Source: Deltaproteobacteria bacterium
GTDB taxonomy: Bacteria > Myxococcota_A > Polyangia > Fen-1088
NCBI GenBank assembly: GCA_033763315.1
Contig: JANRKS010000024.1
Coordinates: 32,001-96,000 of the forward strand
Length of the DNA stretch: 64,000 bases
Reading direction: 5' to 3'
Shown here: positions 47,956-57,749 of the stretch, one piece after another
How the letters are laid out: every line of letters starts with the position of its first letter
How positions within the stretch are numbered: the stretch's first letter is position 1
Notes under the pieces: generated by a model
The model's input: the letters and a program-made list of their open reading frames with translations, nothing else
Told to the model about the DNA's origin: nothing
Database searches by the model: none
Made by a program: the position numbers and the translations under genes

Positions 47956-50364
47956 TTAGTTGGCGTAGACGGCGTTCTCATCCGAATAGTTAGATGAATC
48001 GTAAATCGCGAAGGTCTTGCATCTGTTGTTTGTGCCACAGGTTAAGGGAGCGCCACACGTGGTCGCTGTCGCGCTGCACGTACCCGAGCCGTTGAGATTG
48101 CACTTCTGCGCAGGAGTGTACGTCGCCCCCGACACCGGGCACATCTCGCCCGGGCAGGAAGACGACGCGCAGCAAACGCCATCGACCACGTTGCCACTCT
48201 TGCATTGATTGCCTGTCGTCGCAGGCGTACCGTTCGTCTTCTTGGCAACACACGCGCTTCCGCTGCAGAAGTTGTTCACGCTGTCAGCACAGTCACTATC
48301 GGCCAAGCATGAGACTTTGCAAGCGCCACCTGCGCACGTATACAGGCCACAACCTTGAGCCGCTGGGGTGCTGCACGCCCCAGCGCCGTTGCATGTGGAG
48401 ACTGGGGTCAGTGACGTTGCGCTTGCACACGTAGCAGCACCGCACTGAACACCACTTGCCGTCACGGCGCATGAGCCATTGGCGTTGCACGTGCCCTTCG
48501 TCCCGCACGTGGTGTTGCTGTTCACGCATTTGCCTGCGGGGTCTGTGGTGCCAGCCGCAACCAACGAACAGGTCCCCTTGCTTCCAGAAAGGCTACAGGA
48601 CTTGCACTGGACGCCATCGCAGGATTCGTTACAGCAAACCCCTTGTGAGCAGAAGCCGCTTTGACACTGATTGGGATTCGCGCAGGAAGCACCGATGGGC
48701 TTTGGTCCGCAGGAGCCGTTAACACAAGTGTTGGGGGCGATGCAATCAGTGTCATTGCTGCAGGTTTGCCCGCATTTTGTCCCATTGCATTTGTACGGCG
48801 AACACATCAAAGCCGCTTTCGCAATACATTCGCCGGAACCGTCGCAAGTTGATGCTGGCGTTGACTTGTCCATCGAGCAAACCTCAGCCGAACAGGGCGT
48901 GCCCGCGGCGTATCGTTGGCATCCGCCACTGCCGTCACAGAATCCATTCTCGTCGCAGGTGCTGGAATCCTTTTTGGCGGCGGTGCACACGCCGTGGGGA
49001 TCACTTTGGCCGGCGCCGACGCTCGTACACTTGCCCAACGATGAGGCCAGGTTGCACGCTTGGCAGGCACCCCCGCACGCTTTGTCACAGCACACGCCAT
49101 CGGCACAAACGCCTGTTCGACACTCGGCGTTGCCATCGCATTTTTGGCCTGCCTCTTTGAGGCCGCAACTGCCAGAGGTACACGCATTGGGGCTCACGCA
49201 ATCGTTGGCGGTTGCGCAATCCTTCGGACAAACCCCCGCCGTGCATTTGAATGATCCACAGGACACGGCTGCCGGTTGAACGCAACTTCCGTTGCCATTG
49301 CAAGTTGACGCCGGCACAGCCGAGTTGCCCAAACACGACGAACTGGCGCACGTCGTTCCGGAAGCGTAGAGGGCGCATGAACCCTTCCCGTTACACGCAC
49401 CGCTTTTTCCACATGACGCGCCCCCCTCGTCTTTGCACACGCCGCGCGGATCTGGTCGTCCATCTGCCACCGGCACGCATTCGCCCGGTGAACCGACGCT
49501 GTTGCAGGTGACGCACGCACCTTCGCACGCTTGGCCACAGCAAACGCCATCGGCGCAAAAGTTGGATTCGCATTCATCGGCTTTGCCACAACGCGCGCCT
49601 TGCGGCTTCTTGCCGCATGAGCCCGACTTGCAGCTTTGGTTCGCAGCACACTGATTGTCTCCCGTGCAGCTTCCGAAGCATTCATTCTTCGAGGCATCGC
49701 AGCCAAACGGCGTACAGATCTCAGAGCCGCCTGGTTCACATTTTCCTGCCTGACATTTCTTGATGCCGACGACCGAAGCGGCTGTGGCGCTACACGTACC
49801 AGCCACGCAAACCGTTCCGTCGGGATACCTACGGCACGCGCCCGTTCCATCGCACGTTCCGTCGAGCCCACATGTATCAAGGGATTCCTTGGTGCATTGG
49901 TCGGCTCGAATGGGCAAATCACCGGATGGCACGGGGCTGCACGTCCCCATCTTGCCCACGACATTGCACGCCATACAGACCCCGTCGCAAGCAGACGAAC
50001 AACAAATGCCGCCGACGCAAAAGCCGGATGAACAATCCTTCTGAGAGGAGCATGAGTCGCCGTTGGCAACGTTCTGCAAACCATTTCCGACGTCGTCTTC
50101 GCCAACCTCGGATTGATTCCCCTCCCCTGCATCCTTCTTCTCATCGACTTCAGACGCATCTTTCTTCGCGCCAGCGTCATTGTCCGGCCCCGTTCCCTCT
50201 TTCCAACAGAAGCTGTCCGAGCCGCAATAGTACCCCGAAGGGCATTGCTTCTCGGTGTCGACCGCGCACCTTTGCTTGCCATTCTCGGGGGCCGTGTTCA
50301 CAGAACACGCAGCCAGAATCAGAGCCAAAAACGGTAGTACCGAAGACGAAAGCTTCATTACCAT
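47956..50364 (-). CDS. Cys-rich tandem-repeat surface lipoprotein
   Basis: Lipobox LAAC, acidic linker, four full ~150-aa repeats beginning CxxxxxCxxxxCxxGxCC plus one partial repeat; tail AIYDSSNYSDENAVYAN. Confidence 0.85.
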   Translation of the reverse strand: MVMKLSSSVLPFLALILAACSVNTAPENGKQRCAVDTEKQCPSGYYCGSDSFCWKEGTGPDNDAGAKKDASEVDEKKDAGEGNQSEVGEDDVGNGLQNVANGDSCSSQKDCSSGFCVGGICCSSACDGVCMACNVVGKMGTCSPVPSGDLPIRADQCTKESLDTCGLDGTCDGTGACRRYPDGTVCVAGTCSATAASVVGIKKCQAGKCEPGGSEICTPFGCDASKNECFGSCTGDNQCAANQSCKSGSCGKKPQGARCGKADECESNFCADGVCCGQACEGACVTCNSVGSPGECVPVADGRPDPRGVCKDEGGASCGKSGACNGKGSCALYASGTTCASSSCLGNSAVPASTCNGNGSCVQPAAVSCGSFKCTAGVCPKDCATANDCVSPNACTSGSCGLKEAGQKCDGNAECRTGVCADGVCCDKACGGACQACNLASSLGKCTSVGAGQSDPHGVCTAAKKDSSTCDENGFCDGSGGCQRYAAGTPCSAEVCSMDKSTPASTCDGSGECIAKAALMCSPYKCNGTKCGQTCSNDTDCIAPNTCVNGSCGPKPIGASCANPNQCQSGFCSQGVCCNESCDGVQCKSCSLSGSKGTCSLVAAGTTDPAGKCVNSNTTCGTKGTCNANGSCAVTASGVQCGAATCASATSLTPVSTCNGAGACSTPAAQGCGLYTCAGGACKVSCLADSDCADSVNNFCSGSACVAKKTNGTPATTGNQCKSGNVVDGVCCASSSCPGEMCPVSGATYTPAQKCNLNGSGTCSATATTCGAPLTCGTNNRCKTFAIYDSSNYSDENAVYAN

Positions 50365-51365
50365 GTCCCCTTCATCGAAACAGATGCGCCTTCGCCATGC
50401 GATGCAGGTGCCAGCGCCACTTGCGTGTTCTCTCCGGTCCGAAAGAAGAGAAACGCACCGACCGCCACGCCTATAGCTCCAACTCCCAGGAGCGCGACCG
50501 ATATCGTCCTCGATGATTTGGCCGAGTCCTCTTTGGCTGCGTCATAGAACTCTGCGTTTCGGGCATCGGATGCCAGGGATGAAGACCGAACGCCGAAGAT
50601 TACACCCGCACCCACCAAAGCTGCCCCTCCGCCAAGCACCGACCACGCCAACACTTTTGAGCCTTCTTCTCTGCCACTGGCTGGCGCCTCAGCCAAACCT
50701 GCAGACGCTCCAACGGCGGCAGGGGCCGCGTTGTCATCTGACGGAGCCGAAGGCTTCGACGAGAGCACCGCTTTCGCCGCGCTTGGCTTAAGCAGCACAT
50801 TCACCTGAACCGCCTGGCCCGCCATCACCATCCTGTTTTCCTCGAAACGGTCGTAGCCGTCTGCAGTCACGGAGATGGCCACTGATCCCGGTAGAACGAA
50901 CGTCGATTGGGTCTCAGGAAGGCGCCCCAATACGTCTCCACCCACGACCACCAATGCACCCGACGGCTCGCCGGCCACAACAACACGGCCCAACTGAGTT
51001 TCGACGTCGGCCTTGGCCTTTTCAAGGACAGAGCGATTCTTTGAAACCCAGACGTCCGATTCGGTTGCGAGCGCATCAGCAAGGTGAATCTGTGCCGAGA
51101 GCCACTGGCTGAGCGCTTGCTCGCAGAGCCCTAGTTGCGCAGCTGCACGGGCGGTATGAGCGACCTCGTAGGCCTTTTGAAAATTTGCGAGGGCTTCACG
51201 ATCCTGCCCCTTCCGCCGCAATTCGACGCCTTTGCGGATGTGCACTTCTTCGCGGCCATCCGCTGCTTGGGCGCCCTTTAACTGACCTCCCCACACAAGC
51301 GCAATCAAACTAAGCAAAACCCGCCCCGAATATTTTTGCATCGTGCCTCGGAGCCGGCCTAGCAT
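50358..51365 (-). CDS. TPR + PEGA domain exported protein
   Basis: Signal, TPR-like N-domain, PEGA (GEPSGALVVVGG...VTADGY), hydrophobic hairpin, terminal strand ending MKGTW. Start may be 51341. Confidence 0.8.
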   Translation of the reverse strand: MLGRLRGTMQKYSGRVLLSLIALVWGGQLKGAQAADGREEVHIRKGVELRRKGQDREALANFQKAYEVAHTARAAAQLGLCEQALSQWLSAQIHLADALATESDVWVSKNRSVLEKAKADVETQLGRVVVAGEPSGALVVVGGDVLGRLPETQSTFVLPGSVAISVTADGYDRFEENRMVMAGQAVQVNVLLKPSAAKAVLSSKPSAPSDDNAAPAAVGASAGLAEAPASGREEGSKVLAWSVLGGGAALVGAGVIFGVRSSSLASDARNAEFYDAAKEDSAKSSRTISVALLGVGAIGVAVGAFLFFRTGENTQVALAPASHGEGASVSMKGTW

Positions 51366-51434
51366 GGGCGCAACGACATCGCCACTGCCCCAGGATTCTC
51401 GTTGAACTGCCTCAATTTGTCTATTAGAAGCGAA

Positions 51435-53099
51435 CTAAGTGGCCGGGGCCAGCGGCGCGCGCCTCCACAACCAAACCCCAAGGGCGCCGAGTGCCACCAA
51501 CGCCGCCAAACTCGCCACCCCTTTGCCCGGACGCTTCGGCAAGAAGTTCAAGAACCACCAATCGATTCGAGCACGGGCGTAGCTTTCGTCGATGCGGAAC
51601 TTCACCCAGGTGTAGCGGTGCCAGGCGGCGTCGCGTTCGGCGGTGGCGGCGTCGTCGCCGCGCAGGACGTGTTGCAGCAGCCACCAGTGGCCGTCGAGCG
51701 GGTTAAAGGGTGCCAACCAGGTCATGGGGTGAATGTCTTCAAAGCACGGATCGCATTCTCCGTTTACGACCGGAGCCAACGCGCCCGAGCGGTTGGGGGA
51801 GCCAAGCCACCCGATGCGCGCTTGCTTGGCCACGCGGATATAGTGATCCCAGTAAAGTGCGTTGCCCAGCACCTGCACGCTAAGGCCCAGCACGGCTGCC
51901 AACGCCACCGGCGCCACCACCAAGCGGATGCTTCGTTGCAACCAACGATCGAGTAGAACTGCCGCAGGCAACATCAGAACCGGCGTTGCAAACACGCAGA
52001 AGCGAGGGCCCCAGCACCAGTCACCCGTCCAATGATTCAACACCGCCAAGTGAAGAAACACGGGGCCACAAGACAAGAGCAACAACATGAAGGCATCGTG
52101 TGTGCGGGGCCGCCACAGCGAAGTTAACCCGGCCAGGCCCAAAACAAGAGGCGGGCTATAAACGAGCAAGCTCTTGCCTGGTGACAAGAACACACCCCAC
52201 AGACCCATCAACACATTCTGCTTCATCGGCGCATCAGCCAGCGTGGACCACCAGTAGAGCGTGGAACCGAAGCGAAGTTGGCTTTCAATGAACAGCCACG
52301 CTGCGCCCGCGAGGAACACGGGCAGACTGCGCGTGCCAAGCCACGATTGTGCTTGCGCCTCGTCACGCAGCTTCCACACAAGCCACACGGCCACGGGCGC
52401 CACAAGCAAGACAAACGACCAACGCACGTTGATGAGCGCCGCCGCCCACACGCCAAGGCAAAGCGCACTTCGTTGAGTTGGCGCCTTCAAGAGCTGCAAA
52501 GCACTTAGGAAAAAACCCGTGAACACGAATGTCTCGATCGCAGGGGGCCAAGGCGATCGCGCATAAACCCAAACGATGGTGCCAAACGCAAGCAAGGCTG
52601 TGGCGATGAAGGAAGCGCGACGGCCGAGGTTTAAAAGGCTGCATAGACTGAGGAACAACCAACACGTCCCCGCCATCAAAACGGCGGGAGCTAGGTGTGA
52701 CGCCAACACCAACAGATGCGATTCGCCTCCCCGCCACACCTTCATCCACAGGGCCTTCACGATCACGCCTGGCACATGCACCAACGACGTGAGCAAGGGA
52801 TGCGGGCTTTGCATCGTGCCGTTGGGTGTGGCAACGGCGGGGAACGGCAAAGTGGTGGTGTGATCATGAACCAAACGTTCAGCCGTGAAATACACGAAGC
52901 TGCCATCAGTCCACGGCCGCTCGCGGCTGGTTGTGAGCAGGTAAAACGCGCTTAAGGCAACGACAAAGCCCACCTTCGCAGGCAAACGCCCGCTACGAAT
53001 CGCTTGGATCCAAAACGTGATCCAGTCTCGAGAATGCGCTGCAACAGAAGACGGCAAGTCGGACGGATGCTGCCCGGCAGTAACGCCGTCGTCAAGCAA
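51435..53099 (-). CDS. GT-C-type membrane glycosyltransferase, paralogue of 37804..39378
   Basis: SRERPWTD, WVYARSP, SPGKSLLVYSPP, WTGDWCWGPRF, YWDHYIR, CDPCFED, ARIDWW. Confidence 0.65.
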   Translation of the reverse strand: MLDDGVTAGQHPSDLPSSVAAHSRDWITFWIQAIRSGRLPAKVGFVVALSAFYLLTTSRERPWTDGSFVYFTAERLVHDHTTTLPFPAVATPNGTMQSPHPLLTSLVHVPGVIVKALWMKVWRGGESHLLVLASHLAPAVLMAGTCWLFLSLCSLLNLGRRASFIATALLAFGTIVWVYARSPWPPAIETFVFTGFFLSALQLLKAPTQRSALCLGVWAAALINVRWSFVLLVAPVAVWLVWKLRDEAQAQSWLGTRSLPVFLAGAAWLFIESQLRFGSTLYWWSTLADAPMKQNVLMGLWGVFLSPGKSLLVYSPPLVLGLAGLTSLWRPRTHDAFMLLLLSCGPVFLHLAVLNHWTGDWCWGPRFCVFATPVLMLPAAVLLDRWLQRSIRLVVAPVALAAVLGLSVQVLGNALYWDHYIRVAKQARIGWLGSPNRSGALAPVVNGECDPCFEDIHPMTWLAPFNPLDGHWWLLQHVLRGDDAATAERDAAWHRYTWVKFRIDESYARARIDWWFLNFLPKRPGKGVASLAALVALGALGVWLWRRAPLAPAT

Positions 53100-53128
53100 T
53101 GCATAACCGCAAAAGGCTGTATTGCGGC

Positions 53129-54826
53129 TTAGAATCTACCTTGCGCAGACAACGCGGGCGTGAGGCTCCAGCGCCCATTCGCGTTTTGGGTAGGCATAGC
53201 CGAAATGGTGGGAACGATCGAAGCGGCAGATGGCTTGACGTTCTGATCCATGCCTGCGGTGAGAAACCACCCCGCCGCAAACCCGAGCCCACCGCCAATG
53301 AGGGCCAGCTTCGTGGTGGTGGGGGTGTCCTCAAACGAGCAGGAGGGGTTGTCGCTCGTGTCCGAGCCGTTCGGCATCATGGTGGTGGCCAAGGTGCTTG
53401 GCGGAGCCTTCTTGCTGTCCTTGGTGCAATTCGGAATCGTCCCGGCAACCGCTCCTGCAAACACGCCGGCGGCCACCGTGAGATCCACCAGCACGACGCG
53501 CTGCCAAGAAGGCCCTCGGTCGTCGCGCCCCGCTCGAACGGCACCTGCTATGCCGACGAGTAACCCCACATTTAGGCCCGCAAGGGCAACAAGTTCGGAG
53601 TGATCGTGCGCGAAGTCAAACGCGGGCACGGCCAAAACACCAGCCAGACCACCCATGGCGGCGAGGCTCTGGATCAGGGTCACTCGCCCATAGGACGGCG
53701 CAAACGAATCAGTGAGAGCGCCCAGGCTCGACCCCACAACCAACCCGGCCGCTCCTCCCGCGAGGCCGGAGGTCAAGCCGGGCCTCACAGATAGGGCGGC
53801 CAGTGTTCCCTCCAAAGTTCCCATCGTCATCCAGCCAATGCGGTACATGGATCTGTTATCGGGGATGTAGCTGGGGGCCAAGCGCGAGCCAAGCAATCCA
53901 CCCGCCACAGCCCCTGCGCCCGCGGCTGCCGCCAGCAGGGACAACGACGCTGGATTGGGTTGGCCGACGTCGACGCTGCGATCGGCGGCCAAATCCATCA
54001 CCAACGCCACAGAGCCAACGGCGCCCAGCAACCCCCACGCGGTGATCAAATCAGGGCGACCGCTGCGTTGCACGTAGCGAAGACGAAAGTCGACGACTGT
54101 GTCCTGGCCGGCCCGCACCTCAACTGTGTCGCGGCGGCTTTCATGGTTGTCGGCTTCTGCGTAAATCTCGTAAAGGCCCGGCTCCACGCGTTGGTTGTAA
54201 GGGTTCTCCGCACGCATGCCGCGTACGAATAACGTGGTTCGCTTGGGATCCGTGGCGATGATCAAACGCCCCGGCACGGGATCCAACTTGAAGAACATGG
54301 GCAACGTTTCCGCAATGCCCACATTTACGTCGCGCACCTGTGCTTGAAAATTGGGGCGCGTGACGGTGATGCGGTAGCGACCCTTCGGAACCAAAAACTC
54401 GTTGGGCGCTTGACCCTCGTAGGAATGCCCCTGCCCTTCAATCTTGACCGACACGTCGCTTGGCACTGTGTTGATCACGAGCACGCTGGGTCGCCGATCA
54501 ATCGCAGCAATGCGCAGGCGCGCGTTCTCGGCCAGAGTGCTCTTGGGGTCACTGTTCAAAAATGTTTCGTAATGGGCTCGGGCTTCTTTGAGTTTGCCCA
54601 AGTGGTATTCACATTGAGCGAGCATGAACACCACGTCGTTGTTGGGGAACAACTCATACGCAAGCTTGAATTCCACCAACGCTTGCTCGCGATCGCCATG
54701 GTCAAACAAACCAAGGCCCGTCTCGTAATGGTTCCGCGCTTCTTCGCGCGCATCCGCTGCAAAGGCGCAAGGGGTTTGCAGGCTCATAAGCCAAGCGCAC
54801 AAGGCGATCGCGATTGCAAACTTCAC
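53129..54826 (-). CDS. TPR + two PEGA domains + Gly-rich hydrophobic C-terminal region
   Basis: Signal AFA; TPRs; NTVPSDVSVKIEG and ATDPKRTTLFVRG PEGA units; glycine-zipper-like helices; ends AQGRF. Confidence 0.8.
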   Translation of the reverse strand: MKFAIAIALCAWLMSLQTPCAFAADAREEARNHYETGLGLFDHGDREQALVEFKLAYELFPNNDVVFMLAQCEYHLGKLKEARAHYETFLNSDPKSTLAENARLRIAAIDRRPSVLVINTVPSDVSVKIEGQGHSYEGQAPNEFLVPKGRYRITVTRPNFQAQVRDVNVGIAETLPMFFKLDPVPGRLIIATDPKRTTLFVRGMRAENPYNQRVEPGLYEIYAEADNHESRRDTVEVRAGQDTVVDFRLRYVQRSGRPDLITAWGLLGAVGSVALVMDLAADRSVDVGQPNPASLSLLAAAAGAGAVAGGLLGSRLAPSYIPDNRSMYRIGWMTMGTLEGTLAALSVRPGLTSGLAGGAAGLVVGSSLGALTDSFAPSYGRVTLIQSLAAMGGLAGVLAVPAFDFAHDHSELVALAGLNVGLLVGIAGAVRAGRDDRGPSWQRVVLVDLTVAAGVFAGAVAGTIPNCTKDSKKAPPSTLATTMMPNGSDTSDNPSCSFEDTPTTTKLALIGGGLGFAAGWFLTAGMDQNVKPSAASIVPTISAMPTQNANGRWSLTPALSAQGRF

Positions 54827-56286
54827 TTAAGACCTCGAGCCGGACCGGCATCAGAGCTGGCCTTGCCGAACACCTTATCCGATGTTGGGGCAACGTCATC
54901 ACCTAAGAACTTGATGTTGTTCACTGCAGGTTTGTCTTCTGGGCCCGTTGGCGTTGGAACCACCACGGCTGCTTTGATGTTCGTGGGCCGACGTTGTCGC
55001 ACGGGTGGTGCAAGCGGCGTGGGCGGTGCGGCAGCCGCAGGTGAAGGCATCACAACAGCACCGGGTTGCGTCGGCACCGCGGGCGCTGGCTGTGCAGGTG
55101 CAGGCTTTAACACACGCACAGGCTTGATGTTTTGCGCCTTCTCAGTGTTGATTAAAGAGAAGACGACGCCTGCGCCGAGCAACAACACCCCCACGATGCC
55201 GAGGTGCCAGCGGGGTCCCACACGTTGCGCCTGCAACGCGGCCGAGCTTGGTGGTTCATCGAACGTGACATTCGGATCGCCTGACCGCAGCCGTTCAAGA
55301 TCAACAAGTAGATCCGACATTCGTTGGTAGCGCAGATCCCGATCCTTGGCCAACGCCTTCATCACCACCGCTTCCACCGAAGCCGAGATCCCAAGTTCGG
55401 GAAGCATACGCGACGGCGGCAATGCCTCTGTGTTCAACACCTGTGCGATCACCTGCAGATAATTGTTCGCGCGAAAGGGAACTTCGCCTGTGAGGCACTC
55501 GTAAAACACAATGCCCACCGCCCAAATGTCTGCGCGGGCGTCGATGTCTTCGGCGCCGCGTGCTTGTTCGGGCGACATGTAAAGCGGCGTGCCCAACAGC
55601 ATGCCCGTGCGCGTGAGGCGCAACGTTTCTGGGCCCTCGTCGGCTGTGCGCACGGCCTTCGATACGCCGAAGTCAACCACCTTCACGAAATCATCGTCGC
55701 CGCGGCGGATGAGGTAAATGTTTTCAGGCTTGATGTCGCGGTGAACGATGCCCTTGTCATGTGCGGCTTCAAGCGCGCTTGCCACTTGACGAATGATGTT
55801 CAAACAACGAGACGCCGGCAGCGGCGCTTCGCGCGCCAGCAACGCTGATAACGGCTCGCCATCAAGGTACTCCATGACCACGAATGAACGTGCGTCTTCC
55901 GTCGTACCAAAATCGGTGACATCCACGATGTTTTCATGACCAATCGCGCTGGCCAGGCGAGCTTCCTTGAGCAAGCGGCCCACGAGCTCGCGCTTTTCCA
56001 CCAAACGCTCAAGCAAAACCTTCACAGCCACGCGCTTGTCGATGACCGTGTGGCGCGCCTCATAAACGGCACCCATGCCACCCTCGCCAATCCGCCGCAA
56101 CACTTCGTAACGACCAGCCAGAACCGAGCCTACCAAAGGATCGAGACGCCCATCAATTTTGGATTGATCAGGCAACGCCTTCGTCAAAAACGCTGAGCTG
56201 GCCGCAGCCGTATCATCCACGGCGGCCGCATCCTCTTGGGGCGGCGCTTGCTCTTTGACGTCTTCTTTAGGGTCCTGGCCCTCCAT
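54823..56286 (-). CDS. Membrane-anchored Hanks-type Ser/Thr kinase
   Basis: GEGGMGAVY, VAVK, HRDIKPEN, DFG, GTPLYMSPEQ, TM, Pro-rich tail; GTGA overlap with the downstream PEGA gene. Confidence 0.95.
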   Translation of the reverse strand: MEGQDPKEDVKEQAPPQEDAAAVDDTAAASSAFLTKALPDQSKIDGRLDPLVGSVLAGRYEVLRRIGEGGMGAVYEARHTVIDKRVAVKVLLERLVEKRELVGRLLKEARLASAIGHENIVDVTDFGTTEDARSFVVMEYLDGEPLSALLAREAPLPASRCLNIIRQVASALEAAHDKGIVHRDIKPENIYLIRRGDDDFVKVVDFGVSKAVRTADEGPETLRLTRTGMLLGTPLYMSPEQARGAEDIDARADIWAVGIVFYECLTGEVPFRANNYLQVIAQVLNTEALPPSRMLPELGISASVEAVVMKALAKDRDLRYQRMSDLLVDLERLRSGDPNVTFDEPPSSAALQAQRVGPRWHLGIVGVLLLGAGVVFSLINTEKAQNIKPVRVLKPAPAQPAPAVPTQPGAVVMPSPAAAAPPTPLAPPVRQRRPTNIKAAVVVPTPTGPEDKPAVNNIKFLGDDVAPTSDKVFGKASSDAGPARGLK

Positions 56287-56312
56287 CTGGGATTATCCTA
56301 GCTTGAAACTTG

Positions 56313-57320
56313 TCAGGCGGTGGGATCGCGCAGTTGCTCACGCAAGGGGGCGACAAAGCGGCGCAGGGAGACACCGTCGCGGTTCTCGCCCAAATAAGGC
56401 ACAAGATCGCGCGGTAAGTCCAAGAAAAGGCCCGTGAACCAACCTCGCAACAGGGCCGTTAGCAAATCGGGAAAACCAGGCCCCGCCTGTTGGTGACTGC
56501 CGCCCCCCTTGGCGCGCAACATGTGAAGCGCATACGAAAAGTAACGCAGCACTGTGAACGGAAAAGTTGCGAAGCACAGCACGCGGCCGGCCAAGGCGCG
56601 TTGCAACCACAAACGGTTGCGCTCAACATAAAAGAGCTTCAAAGCGCTGCGTTTGCCAGTTGTGTCGGAAAAGCGGTGAACGGCGCGCGCTGCGGAACAA
56701 AAAACGATGCCGCCCCCTTGGCGCCGCACCTTCAGTCCAAGCGCGAGATCTTCGAGGTAAAGGAAAAGGCTGTCGACAAACAATGGGCCACCGCAGTGGC
56801 GCTCCCACGCCGCCCGCGACACAGCAAAAAGCGCGCCCGACGGTGCAACGGCGGCCAACGGAGCTTCAGTATCCGCGGCAGGAAGAGTCAGCCCGCGAGC
56901 CACGTTGACCCCCAGACCATCCCACGTTAGCGACAGCGCAAAGGCATTTACCCTTGCGTCCTCATCAAGCAGCATGCCAGCGACCAAGACGGGCGCTGTG
57001 CCATCCGTCGCCGCAACGATGAGTGCCGATAAGCAGTTCTCTTCAAAGGCGACATCAGGATTCACCACGATCACCACAGGTGCCGTGGTCTGCGGCCACA
57101 AATTGTTGATGCCGCCGCCATAGCCCAAGTTTTCTTGGTTGCTGCTAAGCACGATCGGTAAGTGAGCGAAGGCGGATAAAATGTTGGGATCGAACTTCGC
57201 CGGGCCGTTATGGCAAATGTGGATCCGCTCCACACGGTCAAGCTGAGGTTCAAGTGAACGCAAAAGGGGGATCACACCCTTGCAGTCCCCATACGTCACC
57301 GTGAGAACGTCGGCACGCAC
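56313..57320 (-). CDS. GT2 glycosyltransferase
   Basis: ENLGYGGGIN, VNPD, SGALFAV, FLYLEDLALG, ERNRLW. Confidence 0.88.
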   Translation of the reverse strand: MRADVLTVTYGDCKGVIPLLRSLEPQLDRVERIHICHNGPAKFDPNILSAFAHLPIVLSSNQENLGYGGGINNLWPQTTAPVVIVVNPDVAFEENCLSALIVAATDGTAPVLVAGMLLDEDARVNAFALSLTWDGLGVNVARGLTLPAADTEAPLAAVAPSGALFAVSRAAWERHCGGPLFVDSLFLYLEDLALGLKVRRQGGGIVFCSAARAVHRFSDTTGKRSALKLFYVERNRLWLQRALAGRVLCFATFPFTVLRYFSYALHMLRAKGGGSHQQAGPGFPDLLTALLRGWFTGLFLDLPRDLVPYLGENRDGVSLRRFVAPLREQLRDPTA

Positions 57321-57321
57321 C

Positions 57322-57735
57322 TTAGGCGTCTTTCAACGGAGGCGCAGGATCGGAACCGAAACGCGCACGAGCCGACGTATCTGCGCGCAGCCGATCGATT
57401 TGCTCCTGTAACAAAGCCACTTCTTGCACAAGCGCGGTCGAACGCTCTTCCACGCGTGACATCGCCACGAGGCTGCTCAAGTGCAGGTAAGCTAACGTTG
57501 CTATTGCCACAGAGAAGAAAAGGTTTGATGGCAGCGTAAAGCCGAACACAGACACAAGATCGGGCACATAACGAAGCACCACGAAGCCAAGCCCCAACCC
57601 CACCATCAACGTCAAATACGTAAGGCTTGACTGCAGCGTTATGCGTCGCCGGAACAACATCCACAGAATGGCGACGGCGTATACAAAACACACCGCACTA
57701 AACACCCCGTATCTTTCAAGCGCACTCTCTTGCAT
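57322..57735 (-). CDS. DUF2304-like small membrane protein
   Basis: Three TMs, FGFTLPSNLFF, C-terminal LVQEVALL coil; directly downstream of a DPM-synthase-like GT2. Confidence 0.75.
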   Translation of the reverse strand: MQESALERYGVFSAVCFVYAVAILWMLFRRRITLQSSLTYLTLMVGLGLGFVVLRYVPDLVSVFGFTLPSNLFFSVAIATLAYLHLSSLVAMSRVEERSTALVQEVALLQEQIDRLRADTSARARFGSDPAPPLKDA

Positions 57736-57749
57736 GTGTTGCCCTTAAC

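Noticed and set aside
47956-50364. Periodic Cys-codon-rich DNA as a repeat array or multihaem cytochrome
   Set aside because: The repeats are diverged protein-level units, there are no CxxCH motifs, and no identical DNA repeats with spacers.
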